Shown one piece after another: positions 17,992 to 25,357 of a DNA stretch of 64,000 bases. This DNA comes from Polyangiaceae bacterium (GTDB lineage: Bacteria > Myxococcota_A > Polyangia > Polyangiales > Polyangiaceae), in assembly GCA_965222375.1 (NCBI GenBank), contig CBDCTZ010000014.1, positions 192,001-256,000 on the forward strand, given 5' to 3'. Numbering within the stretch: the stretch's first letter is position 1; every line of letters starts with the position of its first letter. The notes under the pieces were generated by a model that was not told the DNA's origin, did no database searches, and saw only the letters and a list, made by a program, of their open reading frames with translations. A program made the translations under genes and the position numbers.

Positions 17992-18627
17992 ATGCAATCC
18001 ATCGACGACGCCGAACTCTTCGCCCGCGTGGCCCGAAAGGACGATACGTCCCGGGCGGCCCAGGGTGAGCTGTACGCGCGCCACGTTCGATACCTCTACG
18101 GCATGTTGATCAAGCGGCAAACCCGTACGCTCTCGGTAGCCGCGATGAGTGCGGAAGACCTCGTCCAGGAAACGTTTCGTCGCGCCTTCGAGCGAGCCGA
18201 CACGTTTTCACCGCAGGGCATCACGGAGCAGGAACGCTTGCGGCGGCGGGTGCGCGCCTGGCTCGGACGCATTGCTCAGAATCTCTTGGCAGATCGCCTG
18301 AGGAGCATTCGCGAGGTATCGGCTTCGCCGTACCTGGAGCGAGTCACGACGGACGACCTGGACGACGCGCCGCCGTCGACTCCGGAGTTGCGCTTGCTTC
18401 GCGAAGCGCTGTCGAAGTTGTCGGAGCGGGAACAAGATGTGTTGCGAGTTACCGCTCTATATCAAAAGGCCGGCGAGCATCAACGGCTACCCAATGCCGT
18501 CAGCCAGAAACTCGCTCAACGCTGGGACACCAGCAACGACAATGTGCGAGCCATTCGGAGTCGCGCGATGAAGAAAGTGAAGTCTTTCATGCACAGCCGT
18601 GGTGTGGCGCCAAAGGAGGGACCGTGA
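17992..18627 (+). CDS. ECF-type RNA polymerase sigma factor
   Basis: AEDLVQETFRRAF, AWLGRIAQN, ALSKLSEREQDVL, VRAIRSRAMKK; ATG at 17992. Confidence 0.85.
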   Translation: MQSIDDAELFARVARKDDTSRAAQGELYARHVRYLYGMLIKRQTRTLSVAAMSAEDLVQETFRRAFERADTFSPQGITEQERLRRRVRAWLGRIAQNLLADRLRSIREVSASPYLERVTTDDLDDAPPSTPELRLLREALSKLSEREQDVLRVTALYQKAGEHQRLPNAVSQKLAQRWDTSNDNVRAIRSRAMKKVKSFMHSRGVAPKEGP

Positions 18628-19889
18628 CAAGCGGTGATGACGACACGGATCGTGAGGAGCAAGAGCTCGAGGCTCTGCTACCCCAAGCGATGTCCGGGGA
18701 GTTGATTCCCACGAGCGTTGCCGACGTGGCGCGAGCGGAGGCGGAGGGCGTGGAATTCGACGGCGAACTCCCCGAATCCCTGCGGGCCTTCGAGCCCGAT
18801 TCGGCCTCCGACGCAGTGGAAGCCGGCGACATCGCCGAGGCCGAGGGCGATTCGGATCCCGAGGCTTCCGAAGGCGAAGAACTCGACGACTCGGACGATG
18901 AAGAGGACGAGCGTGCACTCGGACCGGACAGCCGCGCCGACGTAGTTCCTCTGGCACGAGCCCGGCGTCGACAGGTCTCGCCCTGGCTCACCCACGTTGC
19001 AGCCGCAGCACTCGGCGCCGCCGCGGTGGCGACCCTCGTGATCGGGCGCGGTGAAAAACCCGCGGCGCCTGCCGGCAGCTCGTCTCATGCACCCGAGCCG
19101 CCCCCGGTCGCCGATGCGGCCCCGGACGCTCCGCAGCTGGTGCAAGTTCCTCCGCCGGCAGCGTGCGGCATGGGTTGTTGCGCAGGCAAGGAGTGCAAGA
19201 CGGCAAGCCCTGAGCTCGCCGATTGCGCTTCGGGACGGCGCTGCATTCCGTGCACTCTGAAGGACCGAGGCACCACCCGCTATCGCGTGAAGATGGGAGC
19301 GCTGGCACCCCTCAATGCTGGACGCACGGTCTTGGACCGGGCGGGTCCGGGTGCGGTGGACGTTTGCGCGCGTGCCGGTGGTTCTCCAGAGGTGTGTGTG
19401 CCTGCGCACGCATCCTCGAGTGCCGATGCGCCTTGGTCGAGCCTGCCACTGGTGGTGTCTGCGCAGGACTTGCTCGCCGCTCTGACGATTCGGGTGCGCG
19501 TGCGGGGCGTGAAAGCGCCCATCGCCGAGTGGCAGAGTCCCGTTCCGGTCAGCCCGACGGTGCTGTGTCGGGGCCTATCCGTGAAGCCCAAGAACAAGAA
19601 GGACGAAGCTTTTGGGGCGGTCAGCTTGTTTCTGGACGACGCCCACTTCGTCGAAGCGGCGCGCAGCGCACAGGTGGCCGCGCTGTCTCAGGTTGCGGAT
19701 CGAATCCGCGCCGAGCACCTGAAGAGCAAGATCTTCCAAACCCGTCGCGGCGGAGACCAGCGTTTTGCCCTGGTGTACGGCCCCATGCCCCAAGGCGATG
19801 CAGAAAAACTGCGCTGGGTGCTGCTGGAGGGTGGCCTGAAGGCTCGAGTGACCCTAGGTGATGATCACGAGGGCGATCCGAAACCGTGA
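18624..19889 (+). CDS. Putative anti-sigma factor: acidic N-terminus, TM, Cys-rich region, C-terminal SPOR-like domain
   Basis: GTGA overlap with the sigma gene; single TM; C-terminal RFALVYGPMPQGDAEKLRWVLLEGG. Confidence 0.6.
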   Translation: MTSGDDDTDREEQELEALLPQAMSGELIPTSVADVARAEAEGVEFDGELPESLRAFEPDSASDAVEAGDIAEAEGDSDPEASEGEELDDSDDEEDERALGPDSRADVVPLARARRRQVSPWLTHVAAAALGAAAVATLVIGRGEKPAAPAGSSSHAPEPPPVADAAPDAPQLVQVPPPAACGMGCCAGKECKTASPELADCASGRRCIPCTLKDRGTTRYRVKMGALAPLNAGRTVLDRAGPGAVDVCARAGGSPEVCVPAHASSSADAPWSSLPLVVSAQDLLAALTIRVRVRGVKAPIAEWQSPVPVSPTVLCRGLSVKPKNKKDEAFGAVSLFLDDAHFVEAARSAQVAALSQVADRIRAEHLKSKIFQTRRGGDQRFALVYGPMPQGDAEKLRWVLLEGGLKARVTLGDDHEGDPKP

Positions 19890-19919
19890 TCGCGCCGTAC
19901 TCACAAAAAGGGGAACACT

Positions 19920-20765
19920 GTGGAAGGCAAAGTCTGCATCGTCACGGGAAGCAATACGGGCATCGGCAAGGAAACGGCACGGGGGCTGGCTGAGCGCGGC
20001 GCCACGGTGGTGCTGGCGTGTCGCAATGTCGAAAAAGCGACGGCGGCTCGGGATGACATTGCTCAGAGCACCGGCCGAAGCGACGTGAGCGTCGAGCAGT
20101 TAGATCTGGGCAGCTTCGCGAGCATTCGCCAATTTGCCCAACAGATCCGCTCGCGCTTCGACCGCCTCGATGTGCTCGTCAACAACGCGGGGATCTGGCC
20201 CCTGAGCCGCGTCACGACGGCGGACGGATTGGAGTCCACGTTTGGCGTCAACCACGTCGGCACCCACTTGCTCACGGTCGAGCTATTGCCGCTGCTGAAG
20301 AAGAGCGCACCCTCGCGCATCGTTCTCAGCTCCAAGCTGCACTACCGCGGCAAGATGGATTGGGATGATCTGCAGGCCGAGCGCAAGAGCTTCAATGGCC
20401 CCAAGATGTACAGCCACTCCAAGTTGATGAACGTGCTCTTCACCAAGGCCCTCGCGCGGCGGGTGCAGGGCTCCGGAGTGACCGTCAGCGCCGTGCACCC
20501 CGGGGTCGTGCAGACCGAGTTGGCCCGAGAGTATCCATCGGTCTTGACCAAGATCTGGCACCTGTTCACGATCTCGGCCAAACAGGGCGCCGAGTGTTCC
20601 CTGCACGTCGCCACGGCGCCGGAGCTCGAAAGCGTGAGCGGCGAGTACTTCGAGAAGAGCCGCGCCAAGAAGGCGTCGAAGGCCGCTCTGGACGAAGCAG
20701 CCCAGGAGCGACTTTGGGAGTTGACCGAGAGCATCATCGCCGGCAGCGCCACGGTAGCCGCCTGA
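19920..20765 (+). CDS. Short-chain dehydrogenase/reductase (retinol dehydrogenase-like)
   Basis: TGSNTGIG, DVLVNNAG, YSHSK, VHPGVV motifs. Confidence 0.92.
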   Translation: MEGKVCIVTGSNTGIGKETARGLAERGATVVLACRNVEKATAARDDIAQSTGRSDVSVEQLDLGSFASIRQFAQQIRSRFDRLDVLVNNAGIWPLSRVTTADGLESTFGVNHVGTHLLTVELLPLLKKSAPSRIVLSSKLHYRGKMDWDDLQAERKSFNGPKMYSHSKLMNVLFTKALARRVQGSGVTVSAVHPGVVQTELAREYPSVLTKIWHLFTISAKQGAECSLHVATAPELESVSGEYFEKSRAKKASKAALDEAAQERLWELTESIIAGSATVAA

Positions 20766-20876
20766 GATCCAACCAAGTCCACCGCGCGTGGCCGAAAGAG
20801 TGTCCCAGGTGGGCGCGTGTGCGTTGACGTAGGTCTGCGCCATTTGCGTCGCTGTTTGGACTAGAGGGGCTATCCC

Positions 20877-21017
20877 CCGCGAACGGACACCCGCTGAGCA
20901 ACCAGCGTTTCCGCGGTGAGGCGCTTCAGGAGATTCACGGGAATGCAGGAAGGTCGGGAAGGATTTTGGGTTTGGGTCTGCTCGAATTTGCTGCTCCAAA
21001 TCACGGAAACCCGGCCC
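20877..21017 (+). repeat. Copy A of a ~140-bp imperfect direct repeat
   Basis: Aligns to 24931-25068; shared core CGCTTCAGGAGATTCAC.GGAA...GGAAGGT.GGGAAGG...TTGGGTCTG.TCGAATTTGC.GCTCCA. Confidence 0.85.
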
Positions 21018-21120
21018 TCGTGCTCGACTCCCTCGCGCTGACCCCGCCCACCTCTACATTGGACCCGTCACAACCCGCCGTGCAGGCGGCGCCACGTCAG
21101 GGCCCAGTGTAGCGACCCGT

Positions 21121-22287
21121 TCACGCGATCGCGTCGAGGAAGCGATGCACTGGGACGACGGTGACGCCGTCTTGCACGTAGGTTCGCGTGCCTTCGAGCA
21201 CGCATTGGTACACGTGGGGGATGCGCAGGCGATCGCGGAAGTAGCGGAGCGGCGTTCCGATCGCGGTTTCGGTCGTCTTCGCTTCGACGGCGAACCAGGG
21301 CTTGTCGTCGACCGTGACCAAGAAGTCGAGTTCGCGTCTGTCCCGGTCCCTCAGGTAGTGCAGTCTCACGGCTCTGCCTTCGACGTCTTCCAGGTGGTGA
21401 CAGAGTTTCAAGAGATGGCTTGCCACCATGTTCTCGAAACGCGGCCCCGGCTCGGGCACCAGCGACCAGTCCCATAGGTAAGTCTTCTGTTCCTTCTTCA
21501 ACCCTCGGATCTTGCGGTGCGTGTACGGAGGGAGGCGATAGGAGAAGTAGAGCCGCGCAAGGATCTCTAGCCAATTGGACACTGCGCGATGGCTGACTTC
21601 CAGATCTCTGCACAAGGAGTTGACCGATAGCGGACTGCCAACGCGTTCCGGCAGTATGTGGCTCAGAAGCTCGATGTTCGCGAGGTCTCGCACGGCCTCG
21701 AGCTCTCGCACGTCCTCACGCACGAAGCGCTCGCTGCGTTCCTTTCGCCAGCGGCGGCGACTGCGTTCGCTGTCGCTCAGGAATGGCTCCGGAAAGCCCC
21801 CACGTTCGAGCAACCGAACCGTGGCTTCCTTGGGCGACCGGGTGCCGAGAACGAGGGGCTGCCCAGGCTCCGTATCGGGAAGACGTCCGCTCAGCTCTCG
21901 CACGGTGAAGGGGTGCAATCGATGATGGTGGTAGCGACCCTGAAGTGAGTCCCCGCCCCGGCGATACACGTCGAGGCGGGCACTGCCCGTCACGAGGTAG
22001 CGGTAGTGCCCCAGATGCGCGTCGTACTCGCCTTTGAGCCAGCGCTTCCAACCGCGCTGCTTGTGCAGTTCGTCCAACACGATGAGCGCGGGAGGCTCGG
22101 GCCACTGCCCAGCGCGGGCCGCGCGTCGCTGCCGCACGTTGTCCCAGGAGAAGCAGGCGGCGTCCCCTTCGAGTTCCATCACTTGTCGCGCCAGAGTGGT
22201 CTTGCCGACCTGCCGGGGTCCGGCGACGAACACCATCTTCTCAGCCAAATCCTGGCGGATGATTGGCAACAGAGCGCGCTTCTTCAT
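21121..22287 (-). CDS. AAA_14 ATPase with DUF4143/nuclease-like C-terminus
   Basis: Walker A GPRQVGKTT, Walker B VLDELHK, VTGSA, GGFPE, K.YLWD, FENMV, ELDF..AVEAK. Confidence 0.9.
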   Translation of the reverse strand: MKKRALLPIIRQDLAEKMVFVAGPRQVGKTTLARQVMELEGDAACFSWDNVRQRRAARAGQWPEPPALIVLDELHKQRGWKRWLKGEYDAHLGHYRYLVTGSARLDVYRRGGDSLQGRYHHHRLHPFTVRELSGRLPDTEPGQPLVLGTRSPKEATVRLLERGGFPEPFLSDSERSRRRWRKERSERFVREDVRELEAVRDLANIELLSHILPERVGSPLSVNSLCRDLEVSHRAVSNWLEILARLYFSYRLPPYTHRKIRGLKKEQKTYLWDWSLVPEPGPRFENMVASHLLKLCHHLEDVEGRAVRLHYLRDRDRRELDFLVTVDDKPWFAVEAKTTETAIGTPLRYFRDRLRIPHVYQCVLEGTRTYVQDGVTVVPVHRFLDAIA

Positions 22288-22306
22288 CCCGACAACTTTG
22301 GCAACA

Positions 22307-22336
22307 AAGCAAAATTCGTCATGACTTTTTTTGCTT
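22307..22336. promoter_or_regulatory. AT-rich symmetric operator-like site upstream of the ATPase gene
   Basis: AAGCAAAA-TTC-GTCATGAC-TTT-TTTTGCTT, 20 nt upstream of the ATG at 22287. Confidence 0.55.
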
Positions 22337-22694
22337 CATAGCGAAATTTGCCGAGGGGCTAGGTCTCCCGATCAGTGCCTTCTGGCGCATTTTCCGCGTG
22401 GCGGGCCACCATGGCTGCGCGTAGCTTCGCCAGCGCAAGCGCAGCCGCCGAAAACGGCTCCTGCACGAGTATATCGAGGCCCGGTCGCGCCATCGCCGCC
22501 AGCAGGCCCAGCGTTGCGGCGACAGGCCGGCGCGTCCTGCGCTCACCCCGATGCCCTGCGCCGCTGCGGTGCAGGGCGCGGTAACGGTCGGCTCGTCCCG
22601 CGAGAAGCGTTCCTCGCGGACCTTCATGCCACGGATTCGCCTGCTCATTCCCGACGGGCAAGTGATGATCTCGGACATGGGCTATCCTGTAAGC

Positions 22695-24941
22695 ATGAGA
22701 CTCAATGCGGTATGGCTTTGCGCGATGCTCGCCTGCGCATGCTCTGGCAGTGACGACGCCAAGAGCGGAACGGGTGGCGGCGGTGGTTCCGGCGGCAGTG
22801 GTGGCGGAGGTGGTGGCGCGGGTAAGCCCATTGAACCTGTGACGCTGGACCCGACTGACTTCACGTACCAGCTCACGGAGAGCCCAGGGAGTGTGACCCT
22901 GTGGACGACGCCAGCGACGCGCAAGCTCACGACTGCCGATCGCCCACCCGAAGCCAAGCGTTCGGGGCTTTCCCTATCGGCGGCACGCAACGAATTCGAA
23001 CCCGTGCAGCTCGTGCTCGGCCCGGCGAGCGGCAGCGTCAGCGTGGACGTCGCGCCCTTCCCGAAGCTGGGTGCTGGTCAACGGGTTTCCCTAGCGAAAG
23101 TCGGCTACGTCGGCAGCACCGCGGACGGGCTGAGCCCCATTTCCGGAGGCGCATCGATCACGCTGAACGCCAACCAGCCCGAAGCGGTGTGGCTGACCGT
23201 GTACGTACCCGAGGGAGCGCCTGCCGGAGCCCACGAGACCACACTGACGGTGACTCCTTCGGGAGGCTCGGCCGTCAGCGTGCCGGTGAAGCTCACGGTT
23301 TTCGACTTTGACCTGCCCAAAGAAGTGCACTTCGCGACGCAGATGAACGTGGACGTGTCGTCCTTGGTTCCTTCCGGCGGCAGCGTGGACGATGCCAAGT
23401 CATTGCTCTTCGAGCATCGCATGACGCCCAAGAGCGTCACCTGGCCCAGCGGCTTCAACTGGAAGATCACCTGGGATAGCAACTCTTCGCCAACGAAGTG
23501 CAGTGCCTTCTACGACGAACCCGATGAAGGCGCCCAGTACTCCATCAAGCACCTCTCCAAACGCTACATGCTGGGTGAGGGCTGGAACGGCATTGGTTTT
23601 CCCAATGCCATGATCTTCCAGTTCGTGAACAACTCGACGCCCCGACCGGACACTTTCTGTGGGATCTCCCGCGGCGATCACTTCGGCAGTTCGGCCTACA
23701 ACGCCGAGTGGTCCGAGTTTTTGAGCGCCCTGGACGGCTACTTGCAGCAGAACGGGCTGTCCGAACGCGCCTACTACTACGTTCAGAACGAGCCCCAGAA
23801 CGACGCTGACCACAAGCTAGCGGCACATCTCTGCCGGCTGACCAAGGCTGCGGCGCCGGGCTTGCGCATTGCGGTGAGCGACGAACCGAAACCGGAAATC
23901 GCCGAGGACCCGGGTGGCGCCTGCGGCTACGACATTTGGATTGCGCATGTGCGGGCCTATGAAGAGGGCTACGCGCACAAGCGGATTCGCGATCACGGCG
24001 AAGAGGTCTGGTACTACAGCTTGGACCAGGATCCGGATCCGTATTTCAATCCTACGAAGCCCGATACCCAGGGCATGCACAGTCGCATCATCCCTTGGGC
24101 GGCCTGGTCGCATCGGATCACGGGATGGGCCTACTACGACGCCAACCGCTTCTTTGATAGTGGCGCACCCAACATTCGCGCCGAATTGATGCGGGAGGGC
24201 TTCGAGGACTACGAGTACCTCTGGCTAGCTAACGGCAAAGCCCACCCCAAGGTGGAGACGACGGAAATCGCCGACGCTACGGCCAAGAGCGTGGCCGCCA
24301 GCATGACGAGCTGGAACAAAGACCCCGACGCGCTGATGGCGTTGCGCCACGAGCTGGGGCGCTACATCGAGGGTTCGCGCAACTCGCTGCCCGTGCTGTC
24401 CGTGGACAAGGGGGTTCGACCTCGGGGTGCGTACTACGTGAACTTCCAGGATCCAGGAGGCAAGCCGAGCGCCGATCCCCTCGAAGTGGACGGCAGGACC
24501 TACATGAAGGTCGGTTGGGCTCCTTATGACGACAAACTCGGACTCGGTTGGTCCGGACAGCACATCGACAATCCTTCCATTGCCCTATTCGGTTTCGACA
24601 GCACTGGGGGCTACTCGGTCATTCAGCAGTCGTATATCTACGACGACTACGGTCGCGACAACCTGTTCGAGTTCGCCATCGAGCCGGGCAAGTACACCAT
24701 CACCGTCGGCGTGGGTCGCCCCGCGAAGGGCTACCCCGGGGACCCCCACAACCTCAGCATCGAGGGTCAGAAGGTCATCGACGACGAAGTCACCACCAAC
24801 GCCAATCCCGTGATTGAACGCTCGGTGACCCTGGACATCACCGACGGCAGCATCTCCATGGTGGCCGGTGGCAAGAGCGTCTCGAGCGGGGACTTCGCCT
24901 ACACCTTCCTCGCCTACATGCACGTCGAACCTGCGAACTGA
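22695..24941 (+). CDS. Lipoprotein with Gly linker, DUF4091/GH123-like domain and C-terminal carbohydrate-binding-like domain
   Basis: Lipobox LACAC; SAARNEFEPVQL, VWLTVYVPEGAPAG, IRAELMREGFEDYEYL motifs. Confidence 0.75.
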   Translation: MRLNAVWLCAMLACACSGSDDAKSGTGGGGGSGGSGGGGGGAGKPIEPVTLDPTDFTYQLTESPGSVTLWTTPATRKLTTADRPPEAKRSGLSLSAARNEFEPVQLVLGPASGSVSVDVAPFPKLGAGQRVSLAKVGYVGSTADGLSPISGGASITLNANQPEAVWLTVYVPEGAPAGAHETTLTVTPSGGSAVSVPVKLTVFDFDLPKEVHFATQMNVDVSSLVPSGGSVDDAKSLLFEHRMTPKSVTWPSGFNWKITWDSNSSPTKCSAFYDEPDEGAQYSIKHLSKRYMLGEGWNGIGFPNAMIFQFVNNSTPRPDTFCGISRGDHFGSSAYNAEWSEFLSALDGYLQQNGLSERAYYYVQNEPQNDADHKLAAHLCRLTKAAAPGLRIAVSDEPKPEIAEDPGGACGYDIWIAHVRAYEEGYAHKRIRDHGEEVWYYSLDQDPDPYFNPTKPDTQGMHSRIIPWAAWSHRITGWAYYDANRFFDSGAPNIRAELMREGFEDYEYLWLANGKAHPKVETTEIADATAKSVAASMTSWNKDPDALMALRHELGRYIEGSRNSLPVLSVDKGVRPRGAYYVNFQDPGGKPSADPLEVDGRTYMKVGWAPYDDKLGLGWSGQHIDNPSIALFGFDSTGGYSVIQQSYIYDDYGRDNLFEFAIEPGKYTITVGVGRPAKGYPGDPHNLSIEGQKVIDDEVTTNANPVIERSVTLDITDGSISMVAGGKSVSSGDFAYTFLAYMHVEPAN

Positions 24942-25068
24942 CGCTCGCTGATAACCAGCCTTTCCGCGCTGGGACGCTTCAGGAGATTCACAGGAAGGTT
25001 GGAAGGTTGGGAAGGAAGAGGGGTTGGGTCTGTTCGAATTTGCCGCTCCATGTAAAGGAACCTGACCC
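24931..25068 (+). repeat. Copy B of the ~140-bp imperfect direct repeat; overlaps the stop codon of the DUF4091 gene
   Basis: Aligns to 20877-21017. Confidence 0.85.
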
Positions 25069-25275
25069 GGTCAAGCGCTCCCCCCCCACAAGTTCCACCC
25101 GCCCCCGCGCGAGAAGCGAGTCCCTCGTCCGCGCAGCGACGCGAGCCATTGGTAGACCGGGGGACCAAGCTCCGACGATTTCCGATCTGGATCCGCACGC
25201 GTTGGACGACAAGGCCGAGTTCCGCCTACCCAGGTGCGCGGCAAGTGCCAGGCAGCGCGGTTCCCAAGATCTATC

Positions 25276-25299
25276 GTGCACGAGGAGGGACTTGAACCC
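25276..25299 (-). other. tRNA 3'-end fragment (Leu-like), possible att-site relic; not a complete tRNA
   Basis: Minus strand GGGTTCAAGTCCCTCCTCGTGCAC = T-loop + T-stem 3' half + 7-nt acceptor strand + discriminator A; no D or anticodon arm upstream. Confidence 0.55.
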
Positions 25300-25303
25300 A
25301 CCC

Positions 25304-25331
25304 CACTCCCCCTTCGAACACAGGGGGAGTG
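25304..25331. terminator. Hairpin downstream of the 25358-27709 gene
   Basis: CACTCCCCCT-TCGAACAC-AGGGGGAGTG, 10-bp stem; no clear U-tract. Confidence 0.55.
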
Positions 25332-25357
25332 CTGGAAGCCAGTGAGGCCCTTGGCCG

